From positions 306,414-370,413 of the forward strand of contig MIAR01000032.1 in NCBI GenBank assembly GCA_001829185.1: 64,000 nucleotides of DNA. Direction: 5' to 3'. Origin of the DNA: Spirochaetes bacterium GWB1_60_80 (GTDB lineage: Bacteria > Spirochaetota > Spirochaetia > Treponematales > UBA12059). This document shows positions 9,698-19,359 of the stretch, piece after piece; the first letter of the stretch is position 1; each line of letters starts with the position of its first letter. The notes beneath the pieces are model-generated. The model searched no databases, was not told the origin of the DNA, and was given only the letters and a program-made list of their open reading frames with translations. Both the position numbers and the translations under genes were made by a program.

Positions 9698-11095
9698 ATG
9701 AGAAGCGATAAGTGGTGCCTGGTGTTGAGCGGCGGCGGCGCCAAGGGCGTGTACCATATTGGTGCCTGGCAGGCCCTGCGCAAACTGGGCATCCGGCCGG
9801 AGGCCTTTATTGGCAACTCGATTGGGGCTATCATTGCCGCTTGCATGGCCCAGGATTGTTGGCGGGAGCTGGAGAGGGTCATCGATGGCATGGACTTCCG
9901 CACTTTTTTTGATGTGCCGCCGGACTTGATCCGCGATGGTAAGCTAGACTTGCAGCATGCCGACGGCAAGGACCTCCGCCACCTGGCCCGCAGCCTGGTT
10001 AGCCATCACGGCATCGACACTACGCCACTGCGCACCATGCTGGAAGGTCTGGTCGACGAGGCGCGGATCCGGCGCAGCGGCCGCGACCTCGGCATCGTTA
10101 CCGTCAACCTGAGCGAATTGCGGGCCTGCGAACTGTTCCTGGACGATATCCCGGACGGCCGCCTGGTCGAATTCCTGTTAGCCAGCTCGGCGCTGCCTGG
10201 CCTCAAGCCGCTGCGCATCGACAACCAGAAGTACCTGGACGGTGGTCTGTACGACAACATCCCGTATTCCATGGCCAGGCACCGCGGTTACCGGAATATA
10301 ATCGTCATCGATGTTTCCGGGATCGGCGTGGTGCGGAAACACGATTTTTCCGGGGCGCGCGTCATGTACATCCGCAATTCCATCACGATGGGCGGCGTGC
10401 TGGATTTTGGGCCGGATTTCCTGCGCGATTACCAGCGGCTGGGCTACCTGGATACGATGCGAGCCTTCGGGGCGCTGCACGGTTGGCTGTATTTCGTTAA
10501 TCCAACGCCCATACTGGAGCGCCGCTTCGCCGACTTCCTGGTGGAGCGGCACGGCGGCGTGCCGGACAAGCTGCGCAAGCTGACGCCGGCCAGCGTCCGG
10601 TCGGACCGGCGGCACTTGCTCAAGCTCTTGGAGGCCGCCGCCGCCAGCCTGAACATCCCACGGCTAGAGCAGTACAGCTACCGGCGGCTGGCCGATCTGA
10701 TCCACGAACGGCGGCAGGCCGAGGAAGCCAAACTGGCCGCCTTCTTGACCGAAACCGGCCGGCCTGGCCCGGCGCTCTGGGAGGAACTGGTCGTCCAGCC
10801 GCTCAAGTCCGGGCAATACCGGGAGACGCCGTACTATTACCAGCGCCTGATAGCCTTGGCCTCGGAGCGTCCGCTGGCCTCGGTGCTGCGGCGCCTATTG
10901 GCCGCCAATGCGCCGCAACTGGCGCTGGGCCTGCACTATTTCGAGCTGGTAGGCGATTTCTGGCAGCGGCGATCCTGGGTCAAGTCCCTGGCCGGGCTGG
11001 CTAGCCGGTTGACGGGCCGGCAACGGTCGCATTTGGCCGAAATGCCGTCGGCTGACGGCGACTTGGACGACGACCCGGATACAGGCACCCTGTGA
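9698..11095 (+). CDS. patatin-like phospholipase family protein with C-terminal extension
   Basis: Oxyanion hole LSGGGAKG, nucleophile elbow GNSIG and catalytic DGG (YLDGGLYDN). RBS gggggag before the ATG at 9698. Confidence 0.8.
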   Translation: MRSDKWCLVLSGGGAKGVYHIGAWQALRKLGIRPEAFIGNSIGAIIAACMAQDCWRELERVIDGMDFRTFFDVPPDLIRDGKLDLQHADGKDLRHLARSLVSHHGIDTTPLRTMLEGLVDEARIRRSGRDLGIVTVNLSELRACELFLDDIPDGRLVEFLLASSALPGLKPLRIDNQKYLDGGLYDNIPYSMARHRGYRNIIVIDVSGIGVVRKHDFSGARVMYIRNSITMGGVLDFGPDFLRDYQRLGYLDTMRAFGALHGWLYFVNPTPILERRFADFLVERHGGVPDKLRKLTPASVRSDRRHLLKLLEAAAASLNIPRLEQYSYRRLADLIHERRQAEEAKLAAFLTETGRPGPALWEELVVQPLKSGQYRETPYYYQRLIALASERPLASVLRRLLAANAPQLALGLHYFELVGDFWQRRSWVKSLAGLASRLTGRQRSHLAEMPSADGDLDDDPDTGTL

Positions 11096-11142
11096 TAGGC
11101 CGATACTTGAGAATCGCCCAAGCCGTGCCGATATTCTAAGGA

Positions 11143-11451
11143 ATGATTATTACGTTGATCAAGGTCAAGGACGATGGCACCATCCTCTACTACACGCTGC
11201 ATGACCGGCAGCCACTGCTGATGGCCCGCTATGCGCTTTCGGTGGCTTGGCGCTCCGGCGAAGGCCAGGGGCGCGAGAAGATTTATGGTTTTGAGACCGT
11301 CGCCGAGATGGATCGCAAGATCCGGTCCTTGTTCAGCCGTCGCATCCGCGCTGGCTACAAACTGCTTTACAGCTTCATGCGCGAGCGGCCGGCTCACTCC
11401 GCCTCCGACGCCGAAATGGCAGCCATGCTGAAGCGGCGCAAGCTGAGTTAG
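11143..11451 (+). CDS. small WGR-domain protein
   Basis: About 80 aa with W..G....GR and AGYKLL, as in WGR domains. No other domain. Confidence 0.55.
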   Translation: MIITLIKVKDDGTILYYTLHDRQPLLMARYALSVAWRSGEGQGREKIYGFETVAEMDRKIRSLFSRRIRAGYKLLYSFMRERPAHSASDAEMAAMLKRRKLS

Positions 11452-11490
11452 CGGCGCTAACTAGCTAACGGCGCAAGCTGAGCTTGCGGC

Positions 11491-12786
11491 TCAGTCCTTG
11501 TCCAGTCCAGGGGGCTGGATGCGCTCCATGTCGATCAGCTGTTCGGCCAGCTTGCGTACGTTTTCGCGCAGCTTGAAGATGCAGTCGGTGATGACCACGT
11601 GGCCGCGCGCCACGTCTTCGGCGAAGGCCTTGCAGGTCGGCGCGCCGCAGGAGCCGCAGTCCAGGCCCGGCAGGCTGGCGTGAATCACTTCCATTTCTTC
11701 CATCATAATCATGGCCTTGAGCATGTCGGGGTGCAGCCGCAACGCCTCGCGCGCCTGGACGGGTTCTTCCCAGCCCAGTTCCAAGTCGTCGGCCGCCACT
11801 GGTGGCTGGCGATGGCCACGGCTAACGACGCGTCGCTCGCGGGCCCGCAGGCGGGCCCGGGCGATGTAGGGGTTCTCGACAGTTAGCGGACCGCCGACGC
11901 AGCCGGCCGGGCAGGCCAGGGCCTCGATGAAGGCGACGTTGGCCATTTTGCCGTTTTCTAGGGCCTCCAGCACGCTGATGACGTCGGCGATGCCGGAGAC
12001 ACTGATGCCGGCCGGATTGCCCACGGCGTCGCTCTCGCCGTCGATATGGGCCCAGGCGATGCCGCGGCCGCTGGCGTGGGCCAGCGGCAGTTCGACGGTG
12101 CCCGGTAGGGTGTTGCGCAGCGGTACGTAAATGTCCTTGATGCCGATGACGCCGTCCACGGCCGAAGTCTTTACGCCTTGCGGGTAGCGCGAGACGGTGA
12201 CCTTGCCGGCGCAGGGCGAGATGAAGAAGACGCCGACGTCGGCCCGGCCTGGGTAGAACCGCTCCTTTATCAGGCGGGCGGCTACTTCCATCGGGCTTTG
12301 GATCGGCATCAGGTTCTCGATCAGGCTGGGGAAGCGCACCTGGATCAGTTTGACGACGGCCGGACAAGCCGACGATATCATCGGCCCCTTGCATTGTCGC
12401 TGGTCGACGGACAGAGCGCCGGCGTTCGACACCAGCTCGGCCGCCCAGGCCACTTCCAGCACCTGGTCGAAGCCCAGGCCCTTGAGGGCGGACAGGATGC
12501 GGTCGATGGTGAACTTTTCATCAAACTGGCCGTAAAGGGTGGGCGCCGGGATGGCCACCCGGATATTGAAGCGCTCCATGGCGGCCAGCGGGTCGGAGAC
12601 GGCTTTCTTGGCGTTGTGGGGGCAGGCCCGGATGCACTCGCCGCAGTCGATGCAACGCTCGTCCATGATAATGGCCCGGCCTTTGCGTACCCGAATGGCT
12701 TCGGTGGGGCAATAGCGGATGCAGGTGGTGCAGCCGGTGCATTTGGCCGGATCGAGGGTTACCGAGTGGAAGGTCTGGCCGTTCAT
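11491..12786 (-). CDS. [FeFe]-hydrogenase-like protein (putative sensory, HydS-like; ferredoxin N-domain + H-cluster domain + C-terminal Cys4 cluster, no PAS)
   Basis: N-terminal 2x[4Fe-4S] motifs (CTGCTTCIRYCP, CIDCGECIRACP). H-domain motifs SSACPAVV (L1 variant), FISPCAGK (L2) and EALACPAGCVGG (L3). A C-terminal CGSCGAPTC...C cluster site. Confidence 0.8.
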   Translation of the reverse strand: MNGQTFHSVTLDPAKCTGCTTCIRYCPTEAIRVRKGRAIIMDERCIDCGECIRACPHNAKKAVSDPLAAMERFNIRVAIPAPTLYGQFDEKFTIDRILSALKGLGFDQVLEVAWAAELVSNAGALSVDQRQCKGPMISSACPAVVKLIQVRFPSLIENLMPIQSPMEVAARLIKERFYPGRADVGVFFISPCAGKVTVSRYPQGVKTSAVDGVIGIKDIYVPLRNTLPGTVELPLAHASGRGIAWAHIDGESDAVGNPAGISVSGIADVISVLEALENGKMANVAFIEALACPAGCVGGPLTVENPYIARARLRARERRVVSRGHRQPPVAADDLELGWEEPVQAREALRLHPDMLKAMIMMEEMEVIHASLPGLDCGSCGAPTCKAFAEDVARGHVVITDCIFKLRENVRKLAEQLIDMERIQPPGLDKD

Positions 12787-13217
12787 GGGGCCTTGGTGGT
12801 GCTGCCCGGCAGCGTGATACGGATGGTGACGGTGGTGCCTACGCCGACGGTCGACTCGATGCGCAGGTCGTCGGCATTACGCTTCATGTTGGGTAGTCCC
12901 ATGCCGGCGCCGAAACCCAGTTCGCGGGCCGCTTCCGGCGCGGTGGAATAGCCTTCCTGCATGGCCATGTCCAGGTCTGGGATGCCCGGACCGGAATCTT
13001 GCAGCCGGATGTCGATGCCGGCCGGTCCGATTTCGGCGTCGGCGCTGCCGCCATGAGCGTGGATGACCATGTTGATCTCGGCCTCGTACATGGCCACGGC
13101 GGTGCGCTTGATGGTGACCGGATCGATACCGAGTCGGCCGAGCGCTTTTTTCAGTTCGGAGCTGGCCTTACCGGCCAGGGAAAGATCGTCGCCGGGGACG
13201 TCGAAGTGCAGCTTCAT
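12783..13217 (-). CDS. GHKL-type ATPase / anti-sigma regulatory factor-like Ser/Thr kinase (RsbW/SpoIIAB-like)
   Basis: HATPase_c features in a 144-aa protein: N-box E...MVIHA, DSGPGIP, GFGAGMGL. Start overlaps the hydrogenase-like gene end (ATGA). Confidence 0.75.
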   Translation of the reverse strand: MKLHFDVPGDDLSLAGKASSELKKALGRLGIDPVTIKRTAVAMYEAEINMVIHAHGGSADAEIGPAGIDIRLQDSGPGIPDLDMAMQEGYSTAPEAARELGFGAGMGLPNMKRNADDLRIESTVGVGTTVTIRITLPGSTTKAP

Positions 13218-13227
13218 GGCTGGGAGC

Positions 13228-13587
13228 TCAGTAGCGTTCGCGCATGCCGCCTGAGCGGATGCCGGCCTCGTACAGTTTGCCGCAGGCTATGAACATGCTG
13301 AACCGGGTGGCGACAAGCGTCATGCCGTTGCTGGTCGCCTCGTCGATCATATCCTTAGTAACGGTTTTGCCGCGCACGAAGACGATGACCTTGATATCCA
13401 TCATTTCGGCGGTGCGGATGGCCTGGGGATTGACCAGACCGGTCAGCAGTACGACATGATCCTTGACGAAGGCCATGACGTCGCTCATCAGGTCAGCGCC
13501 GCAGGCCGAGCTGATTTCGGCGTCCAGGTTGGCGTCGCCGGTGAGCAAGGTGCCATCCAAGGTCTGTATGATATCGGAAACTTTCAT
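13228..13587 (-). CDS. DRTGG domain protein
   Basis: MKVSDII...GADLMSDV...VVLLTGLVNPQ...A pattern of DRTGG domains. RBS aagga upstream of the ATG at 13587. The track ORF extended further upstream. Confidence 0.7.
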   Translation of the reverse strand: MKVSDIIQTLDGTLLTGDANLDAEISSACGADLMSDVMAFVKDHVVLLTGLVNPQAIRTAEMMDIKVIVFVRGKTVTKDMIDEATSNGMTLVATRFSMFIACGKLYEAGIRSGGMRERY

Positions 13588-13801
13588 GCCTTGTCCTTGG
13601 TTAGCAAAGCGGCTGGTATTGGCCGTACTGCACTCTGATGTGTTATGATAATAACTAGAGTGTACCATGAGTGACAGTGTAGGGCAAGCTGCGTGGAGAC
13701 CACGGCGTGGAGACCACGGCGTGGTAACCACGGCGCTGGGGCTACGGCTTGCCACAAGTGGCGTTGTATGGTGATATGCTCATTATAACTCCGGAGGATA
13801 G

Positions 13802-14479
13802 ATGATTATAAACTGGCTGGAAGTATTTGGCACGGCCGCGTCGATTATCGTGGCCATTTCGCTGATGATGCGCAATATCAAGCGGCTGCGCATCTTGAAC
13901 ACCGTCGGCTCGCTGGCCTTTACCGGTTACGGTATCCTGATCGGCTCACTGCCGGTGGCCGTCCTGAACGGCTTTATTGTCCTGGTGAACATCTGGTTCC
14001 TCTACCGGATGCGCGCCACCCGCGACCGTTTTGATCTGCTGGAGCGCGCCGTCTTCGAGTCGCCCTATGTTGAATTGTTTCTGCAGTTCTATAAGGCCGA
14101 CATCCGGCGCTACCAGCCGGAATTCGACCCGCAGCCGGGCGATGGCTGGAAGTCCGACCTGGTGCTGCGCGACATGCAACCGGTCTCGCTGATTGTTTAT
14201 CGTCAGGTCGACGAGGCGACGCTGGAGATTGGCCTTGATTACGCGGTGCCGCGCTACCGCGACTACCAGAGCGCCCGCTACTATTTCCATCGCGTCGCCG
14301 AGCGTTTGGCCGCCGGCCGGTCGATTACCCTACTGCAGCACAGCGCCAGGCCCGAGCACCAAGCTTACCTGCGCCGCCTGGGCTTCGTGGCCGATCCGGT
14401 AAGCGGGGTAGCCAGCGGCAGCGACGCCGGCAGCAACCAGCTGCTGACCTTCCGCAAGGTTCTGGCGCCAAGCATCTGA
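13802..14479 (+). CDS. YgjV-like inner-membrane protein with C-terminal soluble domain
   Basis: N-terminal ~70 aa have three hydrophobic segments and an MRNIK..LR motif, like YgjV. The C-terminal ~150 aa are unassigned. Confidence 0.5.
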   Translation: MIINWLEVFGTAASIIVAISLMMRNIKRLRILNTVGSLAFTGYGILIGSLPVAVLNGFIVLVNIWFLYRMRATRDRFDLLERAVFESPYVELFLQFYKADIRRYQPEFDPQPGDGWKSDLVLRDMQPVSLIVYRQVDEATLEIGLDYAVPRYRDYQSARYYFHRVAERLAAGRSITLLQHSARPEHQAYLRRLGFVADPVSGVASGSDAGSNQLLTFRKVLAPSI

Positions 14480-14500
14480 TAGTGAGCTGAACAGTGGCAG

Positions 14501-15136
14501 TCAAGCGCTGGGTAATGCGGCCTGGTTCCGCGCCCAGCCTTGGCTGAATTCCACGACCTGCGGCCAGAAGGCCGAAAAGCCGGAGGCGATGGCTGGCCGG
14601 TGCCGGTCGAGGATGACGGCGCAGTCGGCCAGCCCGGCCGCCCCGGACAGCCGCCCGGCCAGTCCGCGCAGGCTACGTGCGAGGCCGGCGCGGCTGGCAT
14701 ATAGCTCCAGCCAGCGGTAGTCAATGATCCATTGGCTAGCCCGGGCAAAGGCCGGGCTGTGCCAGGAGACGGTCTGGCGTATGGCCGCATAGGTTTGGGC
14801 GCTGAAGGCAGTCAGGTCCTGGCCACAGAGTGGCCGGGCCAGAGCGTCCCAGCCGGCCGCCAGCAGGTGTCCCCAGAACATGTCCACCACAATAGCGCCA
14901 GTCAGGCGTGGCGCTCCGTTGGTGGCCACCAGGCGCCGGCATTCGAAAAATAATTTGTGATGGTCGGTGAAGTTATCGATAGCCTGATGCTGGCGGATGG
15001 CAGTGGCCATGGCCGGCGGGCAGCTGTGCAAGTCCTGGCCTGAGAAAAAGTCGGCCATCAGGGCGCCGGCCCGGCTTTGGCCGGCCGCCTCCGGCAGGCT
15101 GATGGCCGCCAAGACGGCGTGGGCCAGCAGGTTCAT
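14501..15136 (-). CDS. acpH: acyl carrier protein phosphodiesterase (AcpH-like)
   Basis: MNLLAHAVLA / LMADFFSG / HQAIDNFTD / AIVVDMFWGHLL / WIIDYRWLE track the E. coli AcpH blocks MNFLAHLHLA / LLADFVRG / HRRIDVLTD / ITLDVMWDHFL / WLVRYRDMD. Start chosen at the internal ATG (15136). Confidence 0.8.
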   Translation of the reverse strand: MNLLAHAVLAAISLPEAAGQSRAGALMADFFSGQDLHSCPPAMATAIRQHQAIDNFTDHHKLFFECRRLVATNGAPRLTGAIVVDMFWGHLLAAGWDALARPLCGQDLTAFSAQTYAAIRQTVSWHSPAFARASQWIIDYRWLELYASRAGLARSLRGLAGRLSGAAGLADCAVILDRHRPAIASGFSAFWPQVVEFSQGWARNQAALPSA

Positions 15137-16518
15137 GCCGAGCCGTTCCCGTCGCCATCCAGGCGCAGGGCCAGCAGGAAAACCTCCATCTCGGCGTTGC
15201 TCAAGCCGCCATGATTGCCGTGGTTGTGGACGTCGAAGCGGCCTGCCTCGAACCACCAGACCGCCTCATCCTTTTCTGGCAGGACGACCAAGTCGCCAGC
15301 CCGGGCCGCCAGGTCGGGTAACAGGGGGCCTGGGCCGTAGGCGTTAATGGCCAGCAGCTCCTGGTGGCTGAAGACTTCGGCCCGGCCGGCCAGCAACTGG
15401 CGCAGTCGGGTTTGGACGGTTTGCCAGACGCCGGGCTTGAGGTGCAGGTTCAAGCTGCGGCCGCCGCCGCCAGCCGCCACCAGCGGAGAGCCGTCCCGGC
15501 CGGTCTGCAAATAGTCGGCCAGGCCCGGCCACAGGCGGTTGAGGTAGATGGCGTCGGCCGGCCGCTGGTCGACCTGGCCATGATCGGCCGTTACCAACAA
15601 CAGACTGTTGGCCGGACAGGCGCCGCCTAGTGAGGTGATAAAATCATCCAGCAACAGGAAGAAGTTTTCGGCCTCGGCCAGGGCGACCGGCGAAGTGGCG
15701 CCCAGGCGGTGCTCCAGGGTGTCGAAACTGTCCAGGTAGAGGAAGTGCCAACCCTTGGGCGTGGCTGCCAGGTTCTGGCGCACTTGAGCGAAGGCGGCGG
15801 CCGGCGAGAGGGTCGGCACGACGACGGCGTCCTGGTGCATGCGCCGGCTGAAGTCCGACGGAGTAAAGGCGGCGTTGGTGTAGACGTAGCTGGTGACGCC
15901 AGCCTCTTTCAGGCGGCGGGGAAAATGGCCGGGCGGGAAGATGTCGGCCGGGCCGAAGCCGTCGGCCTTGACGCTGCCGTAAACCCGATCGCCGGCGTAG
16001 CTCATCAGAAAAGGCGCGATGACCCGGCCGAGGCGCGGTTCGTGGTAGAACCACTCGAGGCAACCAGCTTGGCCGGGCGGCAGGCCGGAAGCCATAGTCA
16101 CCGAGTGCACGACGGTCGTGGACGGAAACTGGCTGGTCAGGGCCGAAACGGTGCCGTGTTCCATGAAGCGGCGCAGGCCGGCGAAACGCGGCGGCCGGTG
16201 GCCGGCGGCCGGATTGGCGTCAGGCGCTTCCAGGCTGAGCGCCGTGGCGGGGTACAACCCGGCTTGGTTCAGCCCGGCCGCCAGTTTATCCCAGCCGAGG
16301 CCGTCGATCAGGACAAAGATGACGTGGTCGGCGCGGCTCATTCCGGGTGGCAGGCAGCTCTCCGGCAGCGGCGGCAATGCCGGGTCGGCCTGTCCGCAGA
16401 GCAGGCGCTGGATGGTGCCGGGCAGGCGCGAGAAATTGTACGATTCATACAGCGGCCGGGTAAGGCCGTGGCCAAAACGGGCGGCACGGACTGCCGCGAT
16501 GGATTCCTGGTTCAGCAT
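15133..16518 (-). CDS. alkaline-phosphatase-superfamily protein (nucleotide pyrophosphatase/phosphodiesterase-type)
   Basis: VIFVLIDGLGWD metal-site motif, LLLVTADHGQVD motif, HNHGNHGG near the C-terminus. 4-bp overlap with acpH. Confidence 0.7.
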   Translation of the reverse strand: MLNQESIAAVRAARFGHGLTRPLYESYNFSRLPGTIQRLLCGQADPALPPLPESCLPPGMSRADHVIFVLIDGLGWDKLAAGLNQAGLYPATALSLEAPDANPAAGHRPPRFAGLRRFMEHGTVSALTSQFPSTTVVHSVTMASGLPPGQAGCLEWFYHEPRLGRVIAPFLMSYAGDRVYGSVKADGFGPADIFPPGHFPRRLKEAGVTSYVYTNAAFTPSDFSRRMHQDAVVVPTLSPAAAFAQVRQNLAATPKGWHFLYLDSFDTLEHRLGATSPVALAEAENFFLLLDDFITSLGGACPANSLLLVTADHGQVDQRPADAIYLNRLWPGLADYLQTGRDGSPLVAAGGGGRSLNLHLKPGVWQTVQTRLRQLLAGRAEVFSHQELLAINAYGPGPLLPDLAARAGDLVVLPEKDEAVWWFEAGRFDVHNHGNHGGLSNAEMEVFLLALRLDGDGNGSA

Positions 16519-16664
16519 TGTACCAGTATAACCCGAAGCTGGGTTTTGGTGATAGCGTAAGGCTGAGTCATTCCAGCCTGCCGGCCGAAACCTGGCGGCT
16601 TTTCTTGCGACCCGGGCGGAAGTGAACTATAGTATTGGCTGAATAAACATGTGTGGAGGTTACG

Positions 16665-18242
16665 ATGAAAGGCAACCAGCGCTCTTTGCTTTTAGCGGTT
16701 TCATTCCTGGCTTTGGCAATCGGCAGTCTTCTAGCCTGTAGCACGGCGCAGCCCGGCGGAATGGCTGGCTTGGCCATGTCCCGGGAGTCGGTCCTCGTCT
16801 CGACTAGTCCGCAACCATCAATGCCGCCGTCCGTGACCGGCGCGGTCGACGCCGAGCCGGCGGTCAACACCGAACAGTACGACAGCATCGTCGAGAACGC
16901 CTTCCTTTCGGCCGCCGACAAGCCGCTCTCAACCTTCTCGATCGATGTCGATACGGCCAGCTACACTAATATCCGCCGCTTCCTGGAGGCCGGCGAGCTG
17001 CCGCCAGCCGATGCCGTCCGTATCGAGGAGATGATCAACTACTTTGACTACCAATATCCGGATCCATTAGCTGGGCAGCCCTTCTCGGTCAACACCGAAC
17101 TGGGCGCTTGCCCCTGGAACCAGGACCATTACCTGTTGCAGATCGGCCTGCAGGGCCGCCGCCTGGATTATAGCGATATTCGGCCGGCCAACCTGGTCTT
17201 GCTGATTGACACTTCCGGCTCGATGGCGGCCGACAATAAACTCGATCTCATCAAGCGCGGGCTGGAGTTGCTGCTGGGCGAGTTGTCGCCGAACGACACG
17301 GTAGCCATCGTGGCCTACGCCGGGTCGGCCGGCTTGCTGCTCGACGCCACGCCGGCCTCCGAACGCCAGCGCATTTTGGCCTCCTTGAACCGCCTCAATG
17401 CCGGCGGCTCGACGGCTGGCGGGCAGGGTATCCAGCTGGCCTATGAGGTGGCTATGCAGAACCTAATAGCCGACGGCAACAATCGCGTCATCCTGCTGAC
17501 CGACGGCGATTTCAACGTCGGCGTGTCCTCGACCACGGAGCTGGTCGACCTGATTCAGGAGAAGCGCCGCAGCGGCGTCTACCTGACTATCTGCGGCGTG
17601 GGTATGGGCAATTACCAAGATGGCCGCATGGAGCAGATTAGCAATGCCGGCAACGGCAATTACTTCTATATCGATAGCATTGAAGAGGCGACGAAGGTCT
17701 TTGTTACCGACATGCGCGCCAATCTGTTCACCATCGCCGGCGACGTCAAGATCCAGATCGACTTCAACCCGGCCATGGTGGAATCTTACCGCCTGATCGG
17801 CTATGAGAACCGGGTGTTGGCCAACGAGGATTTCGCGAACGACGCGCGCGACGCCGGCGAGCTCGGCGCCGGGCACACCGTTACCGCCATCTACGAGATT
17901 GCGCCGGCCGCCAACGCCGCCAATGCCGTGGCCGGCGAACCGCTGCTCAAGGTCAGTCTGCGCTACAAGCTGCCGGGTCAGGAGCAGAGTATCCTCGAGG
18001 AGCATCCGGTGGCCTTTGCCAGCAACGCGCTGCGCCAGACCAGCGACAACTTCCGCTTCTCGGCGGCGGTGGCGGCCTTTGGCATGTTGCTGCGCGCTTC
18101 GGACTACATCGGCAGCTATGGCTGGGCCGAGGTGGTTTCGCTGGCCAGCGGCGCCGTTGGCAACGATGCCCACGGCTACCGTCAGGAACTGGTATCGTTG
18201 GTACGGCGGGCGGCCGGCTTGAGCGCCACCGATACTGATTAG
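16665..18242 (+). CDS. von Willebrand factor type A (vWA) domain lipoprotein, YfbK-like
   Basis: Lipobox LLAC after a signal peptide. MIDAS DTSGSM...LLTDG. An N-terminal vWA_N-like region. RBS ggagg before the ATG at 16665. Confidence 0.8.
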   Translation: MKGNQRSLLLAVSFLALAIGSLLACSTAQPGGMAGLAMSRESVLVSTSPQPSMPPSVTGAVDAEPAVNTEQYDSIVENAFLSAADKPLSTFSIDVDTASYTNIRRFLEAGELPPADAVRIEEMINYFDYQYPDPLAGQPFSVNTELGACPWNQDHYLLQIGLQGRRLDYSDIRPANLVLLIDTSGSMAADNKLDLIKRGLELLLGELSPNDTVAIVAYAGSAGLLLDATPASERQRILASLNRLNAGGSTAGGQGIQLAYEVAMQNLIADGNNRVILLTDGDFNVGVSSTTELVDLIQEKRRSGVYLTICGVGMGNYQDGRMEQISNAGNGNYFYIDSIEEATKVFVTDMRANLFTIAGDVKIQIDFNPAMVESYRLIGYENRVLANEDFANDARDAGELGAGHTVTAIYEIAPAANAANAVAGEPLLKVSLRYKLPGQEQSILEEHPVAFASNALRQTSDNFRFSAAVAAFGMLLRASDYIGSYGWAEVVSLASGAVGNDAHGYRQELVSLVRRAAGLSATDTD

Positions 18243-18349
18243 GCAATAGCGGCAGCGGTTTGCCTGGCGAGGTTGCTAGCTGCCGCCAGGCAGGGCCGCT
18301 TGCCGCTATCCGCTTGCCGCTTTAAGCGAAGCATAGTACAGTCGCAAGC

Positions 18350-19252
18350 ATGGAAACCGAGAATACGCCGTCTCTTCCCGTCAAGACCGAACTGGCCTTT
18401 GAATCGCTGCTGCTGATTACCGCCTTCATCTGGGGCATGGGCTTTGTGGCCCAGCGGGTGGGGCTGGCCAGTCTACCGCCGTTTGCCTTCAACGCCGTCC
18501 GCTTTTTCCTGGGCGCCGCTGTATTGCTTCCGATCATGCTACTGCGGCGAACCACCAAGGCGCAGCTCAAGGCGGCGCTGAAGCCCGGTCTGCTGGCTGG
18601 CTTGGTGCTGTCTTTGGGAGCGGGTTTCCAGCAGGTGGGTATGCAATACACCAGCGCCGGCAAGGGCGGTTTCATTACCGGCCTGTACGTGGTGCTGGTG
18701 CCGATCGCCGCCATGATGCTGGGGCGCAAGACCGCCTGGCGCACCTGGCTGGGCGTTGTCTTGAGCTTCGGCGGCTTGTTCCTGCTATCGGTCAATAGCG
18801 ACTTTTCCATAAACAAGGGCGACCTGCTGATCTTGATCGGCGCTTTCTTTTGGACCGGGCATATCCTGGTGCTGGATCGCTTTGCGCCGCGGGTGGACCC
18901 GCTGGCCCTGGCGGCCGCGCAGTTCGTAATTTGCGCCGCGGTCAACGGCGGCCTTATGCTGGCCCTAGAAAGCCCAACCCTGACTGGCCTGACTGACGCG
19001 GCCGGCGCCGTCCTTTTTAGCGGCGTGCTGACCATCGGCCTCGGTTTCACCCTCCAGGCCATCGCCCAGACCAAGGCCCACCCGGCCCGGGCCTCGATTA
19101 TCATGTCGCTGGAGGCGGTGTTCGCCGCCCTCGGCGGCTGGGTCATTCTGCATGAACGGCTCAGTCCGCGTGAATTGGCCGGTTGCGCCGTCATGCTGGC
19201 CGGTATGATCATCGCCCAGTTACCGGCGCGTCAGCCAAGAATTGCCGTCTGA
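18350..19252 (+). CDS. DMT superfamily (EamA-like) transporter
   Basis: 10 predicted TM helices in two EamA-like halves (LLLITAFIWGMGFVAQR...; ...LGGWVILHERL). Confidence 0.8.
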   Translation: METENTPSLPVKTELAFESLLLITAFIWGMGFVAQRVGLASLPPFAFNAVRFFLGAAVLLPIMLLRRTTKAQLKAALKPGLLAGLVLSLGAGFQQVGMQYTSAGKGGFITGLYVVLVPIAAMMLGRKTAWRTWLGVVLSFGGLFLLSVNSDFSINKGDLLILIGAFFWTGHILVLDRFAPRVDPLALAAAQFVICAAVNGGLMLALESPTLTGLTDAAGAVLFSGVLTIGLGFTLQAIAQTKAHPARASIIMSLEAVFAALGGWVILHERLSPRELAGCAVMLAGMIIAQLPARQPRIAV

Positions 19253-19359
19253 TTCACCGCCTGAGTCGCTGCCTGAAACCGCGCCTGAGTCGTTGACTCA
19301 GGTGGCCCACTTTACAGGCAGGCCGTTTTTTGCTTTAATCAAGGCAGTTCGGTTGCCGG

